From the NCBI GenBank assembly GCA_000002445.1, contig CM000208.1:928001-992000 (forward strand): 64,000 bases of DNA, read 5' to 3'. Positions 1 to 9,221 of the stretch are shown here, one piece after another. The translations under genes and the position numbers were made by a program. Source of the DNA: Trypanosoma brucei. Taxonomy: Eukaryota. Position 1 is the first letter of the stretch. Every line of letters begins with the position of its first letter. Under the pieces are notes generated by a model that was not told where the DNA came from, searched no databases, and saw only the letters and a list, made by a program, of their open reading frames with translations.

Positions 1-1680
1 ATGTTCCGCCGGACAAGTCGGTGCCTCGTTGAAGTGGGTGATACCTGTGTCCCCAACAACTTTGTGCACGCTACCGATCTGGCCTTCTATTTTTCCAGGT
101 TTCAACCCCGATCTCACCTCCATCCGCACGGTATCCCTGAACTTCGCGATGCAGTGGAGCTGCTCCAACCTCCCGAAGGGAAACCTTGTAGCAGATGGTC
201 GGCGCCTCGTTTGTTTTCCCCTGCTGCACTGGCAGCACCTGCTGCAGTGGCGGAGTGGAAAAAAAAACGTGAGAAGGCGATGATGTTATTGTCCCGTGGT
301 GAAGAGATCATGGAAAATGTAAGCGGTGTGAGGAGTGCCGCTGTGGCGGACGTTGTCCGGCCGCTGTACGCAACAAAATTTGAGCTCCTCAACGGTTTGG
401 AGCATCTACCGCGGTCGGAGTTCGCGACGCGGATTGATGTGCACCGATTTATTGTAAAGCATGCCGGACGACTTTTATACTTTAACGATAGTTGGGATAA
501 ATCAGATGTGAAGCATCTGGACACAACTTGTGTTATTCTAGCGCACTTTATTCGGTCTTTTTGCGCCCTTCACCAGCGACCATTTCACGTAAAGCAGGCA
601 AATGTTAGTGACTCCAAGGCAGATCGAAATCCCTCTTCCTGGACCATGGCGGTAGTTGGTGGAGAATCTGGTGACGCAATGATTAGCTTACAAACTGTGA
701 TGGATCGCTTGGACGAACTGCTGGCGCTGAGTGAGAAAATAACCGAGAGGCAAATGGGTGAGATGCCCGAGCTTCGCTGGAATAAACCAAAGTTGCTGTT
801 ACTGAAAGGGACCCTTACGATCCCCCTCACAGGTAATCTGACGCATGCTCAAGAACTCGTTAATCAAGCCGCTAAAACGGTGTATGAGTTTCACCAAAGG
901 AAGAAACCGATTGTAGACGGTCTTGTTGCTCGCAAACAGGAGCACGAGTTGGGTCTGTTCATGCTGGTTCAGGCTGAAATGGCGGCGCGAGTTTTTGATT
1001 GGACCATTAACACTGGGGAAGTAGATATGGAAGTCGTTGAGATGTTCGAAGCGGCGGCTAAGTTTTATTCCTTTCCATGCAATACACCGTTGGATGCCGA
1101 CGGCATCATGTCGGCGGAGTTGCTTGACGAACGGCGCTTTGAAGTGGATGCGTACACTTCGTGCATGCTGAGTTTTGGTAACTTCCTTCTTGGTGCGCCC
1201 AGACCCGCCGCTAAAACCCGTCGCGATGCACCGGTATTCCTTCCCAAGCAGCTATTTACTATTTCACCCATAACAACTGTGGCATCATCGTCCGATCTTA
1301 TTTACGCGGATGTGCAACGTCGTGCACCCATGACAGTGGAAGTCGCTCGTAAGCGCGCAGGCGAGGCGCTTGAACGGGGCTTAAAGTTGAATCGAGAGCT
1401 TTATCCTGACCAGAAGCAGAATCCCAAGGCTGGGTGGACGCTGTTAGCAATGGCATCGTTGTACGCAGATATGCGTGATTATTTATATGCTACTGGCCTC
1501 TTCGCCTCTGCAGAGAAGACCGTTATAGAAAATTACGGCGGTGTATCGTTGGAGCGACTTCTTGTTTCCAAATTGCGCTATGAATTTTTAGCGGGGGTTG
1601 GGTCTGAAGAGGAGGCGAAGGCATCAGCGCACGAAATCGTGCAACTCCTCAAACAAATGGACAACATGCCGCATGGATAG
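1..1680 (+). CDS. Conserved hypothetical protein, 559 aa from the first ATG. Position 1 is an ATG, so the N-terminus may or may not be complete. It is mostly helical and I recognise no domain.
   Basis: The ORF is uninterrupted and runs from position 1 to a TAG at 1678-1680. Its codon usage is GC3-rich like its neighbours. It lies on the same strand as the downstream genes. Confidence 0.55.
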   Translation: MFRRTSRCLVEVGDTCVPNNFVHATDLAFYFSRFQPRSHLHPHGIPELRDAVELLQPPEGKPCSRWSAPRLFSPAALAAPAAVAEWKKKREKAMMLLSRGEEIMENVSGVRSAAVADVVRPLYATKFELLNGLEHLPRSEFATRIDVHRFIVKHAGRLLYFNDSWDKSDVKHLDTTCVILAHFIRSFCALHQRPFHVKQANVSDSKADRNPSSWTMAVVGGESGDAMISLQTVMDRLDELLALSEKITERQMGEMPELRWNKPKLLLLKGTLTIPLTGNLTHAQELVNQAAKTVYEFHQRKKPIVDGLVARKQEHELGLFMLVQAEMAARVFDWTINTGEVDMEVVEMFEAAAKFYSFPCNTPLDADGIMSAELLDERRFEVDAYTSCMLSFGNFLLGAPRPAAKTRRDAPVFLPKQLFTISPITTVASSSDLIYADVQRRAPMTVEVARKRAGEALERGLKLNRELYPDQKQNPKAGWTLLAMASLYADMRDYLYATGLFASAEKTVIENYGGVSLERLLVSKLRYEFLAGVGSEEEAKASAHEIVQLLKQMDNMPHG

Positions 1681-2383
1681 GGCCCCTTACCTGTAATTTT
1701 GGATTATAATCTGTCGACTTAAGCGATTGTGCTTTGGAAGTGCGATAGTCGGTGGGGGGGGCAGGAGAGCAAAAGTAGCGGAGGAGGAAACTGGAAAATT
1801 CCAACTTTGACAGGTGTGGATGTTGGGGAAGTATTTGACGTGGAGCGAGAAAGGTTAGGGGGCTGTTGGACGGTTTAATTCGGCTAGTAACCTATTTTAT
1901 TGTTATTATTCGTGTAGCCAAACCTTGCTTTCGGCTGTGCAACCTTCCACATTCCCCTGAAGGGGTTGAGGTAGAATAAAGGAAGTATTGTTTCCGCGCA
2001 ATGCACTGCGCCGTCACGACTTGGCTTCAGGCGATCATTACAACTTACCGTTTCGCTTTTTTTTTTCTTCTCTGTTATCTCTTACCGCCATTATTTGAGA
2101 TGTGCCGATAGCGCTATTTATGCGTGAGAGTCGTGGGGCTGCAACGTTGCAATTTACCCTGACAAAAGGACATGCATGTGTAGAGGGAGTGGAGTTTCTA
2201 TCGTGTTTTAAAGGGGCTTGATGGAGAAACACTTAAATTTGCGGACGAATTGTGTGATCGCGAATTCTGTCACATCAGTTTCCGTCCTTCCCTCCCCCTT
2301 TTGTGCATGTTCTAGCGCTTTGCGGAACTTGTGACTTTCTGAATCAATGGGGCAACTTGTTGTGGGACCTTTCTCACCTCACC

Positions 2384-2440
2384 TCTTTTCTTTTTCTTTT
2401 CTTGTTTTTTTTCTTATTTCCCCCGCTTCTATCACGATAT
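2384..2440 (+). promoter_or_regulatory. Polypyrimidine tract with a downstream AG, the likely SL trans-splice acceptor region for the gene starting at 2546.
   Basis: A CT-rich run (ctcttttctttttcttttcttgttttttttcttatttcccccgcttct) lies about 110-160 nt upstream of the ATG at 2546. Confidence 0.5.
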
Positions 2441-2545
2441 GGATTTCCGTACCAATTTCGATTAGACAAGCGGATTCCCAGCAGGGTTGCATCGTGGGTT
2501 ACATAGCAAGGAAAGGGTTGCCTCAGAGGAACTGTTTATTCTTAC

Positions 2546-4174
2546 GTGAGGGAAATGAGCACCAACGGCGGCGTTGAATGTTCGAATGCCTACATTACAG
2601 AGGGCGTTAAGCTATCCCCAATTTCGTCGGAGAAAGCTGAGAACACTCAAAACAACGACGGTGTGACACTTCTGCAACCGTCGTGGTTCCCGAGAGAGGA
2701 GCTGAAGGAAGCAGTGAATGGAAGCACACAAGCCAATCCTTTGAAAGGACCTTCGCCGACCGACCAGCCGCCACCCCCGCAAGTTCTAAGTCCGGCGCAA
2801 CCACAGTCGAGAAATGCACCAGCGTCCCTGTCTGAGTCTGTCAGGAGGTTACATGAACGCTTTCGCAATACTTCATGGCTTGAAATGATATGCATCTTCG
2901 TTATTATTACTGTTGTTATAGTCGGGCACTTCATTGAAATTATTAGCATCAAATACTGGCATTCGAAATTTCCAAATGGTAAAACGCCGGGAACACTAGC
3001 AACGTTGGTACTTCCATCGATACTATTGGCTGCGTTCATGGTGACTGTAATGTTGCTCTTTATCTTTTTCACAACTCCGTCGCTTCGATTTGCGTTTTGC
3101 TGCCAGTCCCTCGTCATGCTCTTCCGCATTGGATGCATAGATGCGATACAGAGCGGAGTCGGTGTATACTCCGTTATTAAGACACCGAATGCGCTCGCCG
3201 CGCTGGTAAAACCCGCAGCCCCGTTATTCGCAACCCTCTTTACGAAGATGTTCCTTAAAGACAAAAGGTCATACGGTAGCCCATGGCTTCTCATTTCACT
3301 TGCGTTCGTTATCGCTGGAATCCTTGTGGCCTCAATTTTTGACCTGAAGCATGGATTCAACAAGATTGGAAAGAACTCTTGGTGGGCAAGCATCTACTTG
3401 GTTGCAGTAGCGTTGAGTTCGTTGGTGAACGCGATGCAGGCGGTTTATATGTTAAAATTTACATACGACCCAAAATTCGACGAATTGTACAAGATTCGCG
3501 CTCGAGGGGGAACTGCGGTACCTTCAATGGGCTCCCAATCTACCTTGTTGAGTGCCCAAAACGTGTTGGCCCTCGGGGTTGGTAACGGAAACCACCAACT
3601 TGCCGTCGAGATGGGCAATATTCCGGCGGCACAGGAACCTGAGGACGTCGCGCGTACTGCGCTTAAGCGTTTACGACAGGGAAGGGGAACAAGCGTGAAA
3701 ATTGTCATGCTAACCATAATGTTATTGTTCCGCTTTGCTGGAACTTTAGCATTTCTTCCACTCGATGGGGTAAAACCGTGGGGCGAGAGCAACAGCATTG
3801 GCGATGCTTGGAACAACCTCATTGCTGGTGGGAGGTGCGTCGCTACGTGTGATAACAATTTACCCCCATTTGTCATGTACACTTCAGGTGTTCTCCTCAG
3901 TTACGTTGGATCAGCATACCTCAATCAGTATAGTGTGACTATGTGTTCTATCATAAAGCAAATTGCATGGCCGTTAGCCGCCCTGATACTTGTTTTTGTC
4001 CCCAGGTGGAGTATCGATCCCGTGGTGACGCCTTGGTATTTCAGCCTCGTGTCTATTTTCATCCTTTTGTTGGCTGTCCTCTTGTATATGTTTTGGGAAT
4101 GCAGCACTGGTGATGAGAAAGATAAGAATGAACGCCAGTTGAAGGAACGAATGATGTATCACTTAGCGAAGTGA
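2546..4174 (+). CDS. Multi-pass membrane protein and putative transporter (drug/metabolite-transporter-like, CRT/NST-type topology), 542 aa.
   Basis: A hydrophilic, Pro-rich N-terminal segment of about 110 aa is followed by ~10 hydrophobic helices. A central hydrophilic loop at residues ~315-385 splits them into two halves (an internal-repeat-like layout). The family assignment is by topology only. Confidence 0.6.
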   Translation: MREMSTNGGVECSNAYITEGVKLSPISSEKAENTQNNDGVTLLQPSWFPREELKEAVNGSTQANPLKGPSPTDQPPPPQVLSPAQPQSRNAPASLSESVRRLHERFRNTSWLEMICIFVIITVVIVGHFIEIISIKYWHSKFPNGKTPGTLATLVLPSILLAAFMVTVMLLFIFFTTPSLRFAFCCQSLVMLFRIGCIDAIQSGVGVYSVIKTPNALAALVKPAAPLFATLFTKMFLKDKRSYGSPWLLISLAFVIAGILVASIFDLKHGFNKIGKNSWWASIYLVAVALSSLVNAMQAVYMLKFTYDPKFDELYKIRARGGTAVPSMGSQSTLLSAQNVLALGVGNGNHQLAVEMGNIPAAQEPEDVARTALKRLRQGRGTSVKIVMLTIMLLFRFAGTLAFLPLDGVKPWGESNSIGDAWNNLIAGGRCVATCDNNLPPFVMYTSGVLLSYVGSAYLNQYSVTMCSIIKQIAWPLAALILVFVPRWSIDPVVTPWYFSLVSIFILLLAVLLYMFWECSTGDEKDKNERQLKERMMYHLAK

Positions 4175-4492
4175 GCTCCTTTGGGTAGTCGTAGTGTTTT
4201 GGCTTCCATATTTCTTAATTTTTTCATTCCCACGACTGACCAGGTAGAAGAGAGCAGGTTGTGAAGCCTGTCTAAGTTCTATTATGAACAATTTAAGTAG
4301 CAGCTCGAGGGAATGAGGGAGGACGCGTTAAGTTTCATTGTGTGAATTGAAAAGGGCATATATTTATTTACTCAGGAACGCTGAGTTAATATACTGAGCC
4401 TTTTTCCGGAATCTCTTTTTTTTTTGTCTTTTCTTTTTTGTTTCCCATTACCTCTTTTATTGGGTATACTGTCCCTCACATAAATGTTTCCA

Positions 4493-4494
<2 letters not shown>

Positions 4495-4537
<43 letters not shown>
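4495..4537. repeat. (TA)n microsatellite of about 21 units in the intergenic/UTR region.
   Basis: Perfect TA dinucleotide run. Confidence 0.95.
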
Positions 4538-4541
<4 letters not shown>

Positions 4542-5875
4542 CATGTATTCAATAATAACATATCGCCTTTTCTGATTTCTTTTTTGTTGGTTTTTTTTAA
4601 ATACTGTGATCCTCCTTTCTTTTTTTTTTACATACTCTCTTTATTTTAGTCGTTTATCTTGCTTCTCTACCACCCCGCCACACCTCATTCCCCTCACCTT
4701 TTTTTTTCACTTTGCTATCATTGCAGTATTGGCATGATGGGAGAAGAAGCCGGAAATGGAAAAATATTTTATTGACAACATTTTTTCAGGAAAGAAAATA
4801 TATAAAAAAAATTTTTTTTTGAGGGAGGAAAGCGCGTTGCGTGAGTACGTGTGATGAAAGAGGGGAAATTGGTAATAATAACAACGCAAATAAAACACCC
4901 GCCGTGATGTGTGTGCATGTGTTTGCATGGAAAAGAGAGGAAAAAGGGAAGTCCGAGAAGGAAATTTAACAGAGGCAAAAATAAAGGGGAAGGAGAGATG
5001 GGTAAAAGGTATGTCGTGTATATTTCAACTGAATAGGATGAGATACTGCGCAGTAACCTTTTTCTTATTTTTTTTGTTTTTGTAAAACACAAATGCACAC
5101 ACACACGTGAATGAAACCAGGCGGCAGCTTGCATTTGTGACATGTAGAGTTTAAGAGGCAACGTAAGAAAAGACGGTGTAACAGGCGGAATCAGGAAAAA
5201 AAATCAAAAGAAATATCATAAATAAACAAAAATGAGATATAGTGGGAGAAGGTGTTTTGTTTCAATAATTTCCCCTCCCTTTCCTTTAAATCACCAAACT
5301 TTGACTTCTATTTCACTCCCCCCCCCATTTTTAATCATTTTGTCTTTGTTTTCTCACTTATTTTTGTCTTTTTATTTCGATTTTCATAACCTATTCTTTC
5401 CCCAATCCCTCACACACCACCACCACCACCACCTAATTACTAAATGTAAGAGGGCATAATAATAATAATAATAAGGAGGGAAGTGACGGAAGCTCTCAAA
5501 GAAAGAGGGGAAAAAAAGAAAAAAAAGGCAAAAACATACCGCTTTAGGATCCAACGCTTTCCTCCAAATAATCGTTCCTTTCTAATTTTAATTTCCTTGT
5601 TTCAAGCACCTCATGATTATATGTATGTATGTGCGAGAAACTGAAGATGATAACAAAGTTGTCATTTCTTCCATTCATACCTTAATAAAAATTAATTTAA
5701 CAATGCTAATATATTTTGAGGGCAAAACACAGGACAAAAAAACAATGCAGAAACGTTTAAAAGGGTGAGAAACGACTGTTTGTGTTTTCCCTTCTCCTTG
5801 TGGGGTGTTGAAGAAAAAAAAATGTTTCAAAGACTCCTTTCTCTTTTTTTTTAAACATATTCTTCGACCAATGGT

Positions 5876-5925
5876 CCATTTTTTTTCTTTTTCTTTTTTC
5901 CTCCCACTTCTTTGCGGTGTGGAGG
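5876..5925 (+). promoter_or_regulatory. Polypyrimidine tract, the probable trans-splicing signal for the gene at 6179.
   Basis: The sequence is ccattttttttctttttcttttttcctcccacttctttgcgg, with AG dinucleotides downstream. Confidence 0.4.
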
Positions 5926-6178
5926 TGTCTCCACATTCCCAAAAAAAAAAGTGAAGAATAGATCCTACTTGTATTTCTTCCAATTTTTCACCACGAATAT
6001 TCAGTTAACTTCGATTTCTCAAACACATGCGCAGCAATCACTACACACCTCTTAATTTGCGAACTCTCTGAGTCTTTTATTGACTAAAGAAGGAAAGAAA
6101 GGAAAAAAAAAGAAAAAAACAAAATAAAACAAAAGCGGAGAAAAACTTGGGGGACACCGCCACCCCTCCGAAATTTTC

Positions 6179-7675
6179 ATGGCGGTTGGTGCAGGCGTAC
6201 GGCAACGAGCCGCAGCTGCGGCTCGCCACTGGCGTCGTGTTTCAGTTAAAACGCTGCGGAGTCGACTCTCCACCCCGCACGTGTGTGACATAAAACTTCC
6301 GCTCATATCAAATGAGGCCCCAGTGGGTTCGGGACCGGCGCTGAACATTCGCCTGGGGACCAACAACGAAGAGATCATGCGATGGTGCCAACTCGAGTAC
6401 TTTGGTTTTTTAAAGCCTGCAGATGCCGCCACCGACTCGCATACGAGTAACACAAGTGATGTATGCATCCACTCCGGGCCTCCAGGGCAGTTGGGATACC
6501 CATACGCGCTGACAGCGGAAGTTGATAATTTCACTGATGCGGTGCGACGCGATGAGGAGTCCGCTGAGTGGCAAAATATTAGTGGAGCGGAAAGTGCGCA
6601 TCCTTCGCGGTGGTTGACTCAACTGCTTCTGGACGGTTTCATCTCCCGCCGCGTGGCTGCACACGTTGGTTTATCAGCTGACCATTTGATGGACACAGTG
6701 AGGATGGCACGGCAACTAAAGGTGCCACTCGCACCGAGTGAGGTGTCACCGCATTATTTTTCTAATGATCTCTTGTCAACTTGGGGGGTGTTTGGAGAAC
6801 TGAAATCGGGCGATACCGATTTTGTTGGTGACTACGTGCATCGGGTGCTGCAGTTGGCTCACGCCAGTTCTGTCATCTCTGCTTGTCACTCCGTTTGGTT
6901 GAAAGGTACGGCTATATGTAATGGTAATGGTGGCGCCGTAATCATTTTAGGCCCGAGAGCAAGTGGGAAAACAACACTTGCGCTTCATTGTTTGGCAACG
7001 TCAACACCCAAAATACGTCTCATAGGGTTGGAACATTTTCACATTGCGCCTGAAAGCGTCATTCAGGGAGCCTCCATTAGCAGTGGTGGTGCGCGCGCGC
7101 TTCTCATGTCCATTCCATCACCGGCTAGTGTCGGTATCGGCGCTCTTATTGGATCACTTAAACCGAACCCCAGCTTAGTTGAGGCCGCCCACACTTTCAC
7201 GTGTAGTGCTGCAACGATCAACAGTCTCATGCGTAACAGCGAGGAAACCATATGGTTTATGGGGCGACGGCATGTAGTAAATATAAACGAAGCATTTGGA
7301 CCACATCGTTGGTGCCCCACATGGTTTGGTACTGTAAAGGGAATTGTGCTGTTGAATTGGGATGTTCATGAGCTTTCACGTCCAACCTCATCGGCAGGCA
7401 CCCAAATCATCCATTGGACAGAGAAGGAAGACTGCTTCAAGGCACTGAACGCCTTCGCAACAAATGCAGGAGCCGCCCTGTTCAAGGGGCACTATCTTAT
7501 ACGCTCCATGTACAACGAGTTAAATGCACACAGACAATTGGAAGAAATGCTCTTTTCTGGTGGTGAAGTTGATGGAAAGGTGGGAGTCCCACCAATATTT
7601 GAGGTTCGAGGCGCAGTACACTTCGATGCCGTGGTTAAGTTGATATGCGATCGCCTCCTTAACGAAACGAACTAA
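6179..7675 (+). CDS. Hypothetical P-loop NTPase/kinase-like protein, 498 aa.
   Basis: There is a Walker A motif, AVIILGPRASGKTTLALHCL. The segment ...KIRLIGLEHFHIAPES that follows it resembles the HprK / PEPCK-like kinase P-loop region (GxxGxGKS/T ... RLVADD). The rest of the protein matches no family I recognise. Confidence 0.6.
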   Translation: MAVGAGVRQRAAAAARHWRRVSVKTLRSRLSTPHVCDIKLPLISNEAPVGSGPALNIRLGTNNEEIMRWCQLEYFGFLKPADAATDSHTSNTSDVCIHSGPPGQLGYPYALTAEVDNFTDAVRRDEESAEWQNISGAESAHPSRWLTQLLLDGFISRRVAAHVGLSADHLMDTVRMARQLKVPLAPSEVSPHYFSNDLLSTWGVFGELKSGDTDFVGDYVHRVLQLAHASSVISACHSVWLKGTAICNGNGGAVIILGPRASGKTTLALHCLATSTPKIRLIGLEHFHIAPESVIQGASISSGGARALLMSIPSPASVGIGALIGSLKPNPSLVEAAHTFTCSAATINSLMRNSEETIWFMGRRHVVNINEAFGPHRWCPTWFGTVKGIVLLNWDVHELSRPTSSAGTQIIHWTEKEDCFKALNAFATNAGAALFKGHYLIRSMYNELNAHRQLEEMLFSGGEVDGKVGVPPIFEVRGAVHFDAVVKLICDRLLNETN

Positions 7676-8094
7676 CGAGTATATTAATAAAAACTATTAT
7701 CGTACAATACCATAATGGAACTATGTCAAAACCTGAGTGATTGGTGGGCGAGAAACCTTTGAAACACAATGCAATGTGTATCCGTATCTATTCATGAGAG
7801 AACAATTGTTCATGCTCAACAGATTAGGTGAGAAAAGGTACGATAAACTTGGAGTGCGAGTCGCTGTGACGCCAAGCAATGCGTCATTGCGAATTGCTAC
7901 GCAACAAGCTGCAACGTTTTGCGCGCACGGAGCCATATGTTTCCCCGCTATTAATTACGTAGACGTTCCTTTTCGTGGTACTTTCGTTTGGTTGAACTAT
8001 CCTCGCACATGCTGATGATTTGTTGATATATTTATTTTTATACGTGTGCGAGTGCGTGTATGAGTGTCATTACTATACCACATGTGGATAGCTT

Positions 8095-8160
8095 CCTGTA
8101 TCTCTCTTTCATCTCCCACCTTTCCTTTTTTTCCTTATTCACCCTTTAAAAAAAAAAAAT
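8095..8160 (+). promoter_or_regulatory. Polypyrimidine tract upstream of the gene at 8295.
   Basis: The sequence tctctctttcatctcccacctttcctttttttccttattcaccctt is followed by an A-run and AG sites. Confidence 0.45.
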
Positions 8161-8294
8161 GGTTTCCTAAATACACACACACACACATATATATACATAC
8201 ATACCAAGCCCGAGGCAGATCCAATAGGATTTTGGGAACTTCTATTGGGCTTCACAAAGAAAAGTACATTGTCACACATACAAAACTGCGTTAA

Positions 8295-9221
8295 ATGATG
8301 TTTCACACATTCACTGCGCTGTTTATCACGGCGACATGTGTGTCGTGCTCAAGAGCTTCCGCTGCCGCAGCAGCCGTCACAGATGCAGAGCCTGCAGCTA
8401 CCAGCGGTTCCACATCCCGTTGTACGTTACTGCAACAACTACTAGGCGTAGGACGCAGCGTAAATTTTACGAAGAGATATGTAAAGGAGCTCGTGGATCA
8501 ATCGGTGCGGGCTGAACAGGAATGCACTTATTACCTCTGGACGGCGAGAGGTAACATCACATTTTCCTCCAAAGTGCTCTACGACGGTCGAAGAAGCCGC
8601 GGGAGTAGCAACGTATACGTTAAACTCGCAGAGAGAGCTTTTGAAGAAGCTAAGTTGGATCATGAAATTCTGAGAGAAACTGTGTATAGCGTGGAACGGA
8701 ATTTGTTGGTGATTAGGTCGCAAAGCGCCGAGATGAACCGCAACGGATATGAAGCCGTTAAGGAAAGCAAAAAAGCCGTAGCCAAATTGGTGCGCTCCGC
8801 GAATCGTTATATGGGGAGATATCATGGAGGCGATGACGACATTTCGGAGACATGTAAATTAGCCCCAGCATCTGGCGTCACATTCGCCTCGTTAGAGCAT
8901 GCCATGCGGAACATTACTGACGAAATGGTCGATTCAGATGCTCTGGAAGGGGCGAGAAAAGTGTTCCGCTCGCTCGTGGAAGTGGAAGAGGCTAGAAAGA
9001 AAGCAATGCGAGTGGCTCAAGAGATAAAAGAGGGAAAACAGTTGGCACAGGGAGCGGAGGCGAGAGTTGCGGGACATGCCAACGCTGTCTTTAGTGTGAT
9101 GCGCACCAGTAAACAGAGCATGACAATTAACCATTCCAGGGGCGGAACGAACGCATCTCAATTCCTTTGGAATTGGATTAAATTCCTTTTGTTGTCGCTG
9201 ATTAGTGCCGCGGCCCCATAA
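8295..9221 (+). CDS. Putative secreted or GPI-anchored, N-glycosylated helical surface protein, 308 aa.
   Basis: The N-terminus looks like a signal peptide (MMFHTFTALFITATCVSCSRASA). The C-terminus is a hydrophobic tail with no cytoplasmic extension (ASQFLWNWIKFLLLSLISAAAP), preceded by a small-residue candidate omega site, as GPI-anchor signals are. There are ≥5 NxS/T sequons. The middle is predicted helical or coiled-coil. Confidence 0.55.
   Translation: MMFHTFTALFITATCVSCSRASAAAAAVTDAEPAATSGSTSRCTLLQQLLGVGRSVNFTKRYVKELVDQSVRAEQECTYYLWTARGNITFSSKVLYDGRRSRGSSNVYVKLAERAFEEAKLDHEILRETVYSVERNLLVIRSQSAEMNRNGYEAVKESKKAVAKLVRSANRYMGRYHGGDDDISETCKLAPASGVTFASLEHAMRNITDEMVDSDALEGARKVFRSLVEVEEARKKAMRVAQEIKEGKQLAQGAEARVAGHANAVFSVMRTSKQSMTINHSRGGTNASQFLWNWIKFLLLSLISAAAP

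Noticed and set aside
1741-1870. A G-run-rich segment (GGGGGGGG, GGGG, GGGGG) after the first gene, considered as a G-quadruplex or regulatory element.
   Set aside because: It has only 3-4 short, irregularly spaced G-tracts. This is weak evidence and typical of a 3'UTR, so I do not report it as a feature.
2647-3393. A 248-aa minus-strand ORF (and many 60-150 aa ORFs) lying antisense inside long CDSs such as the transporter, FRD, ASAT and the large ORFs.
   Set aside because: These are shadow ORFs of GC3-rich coding sequence. They lie opposite to the unit's transcription direction and have no domain content.
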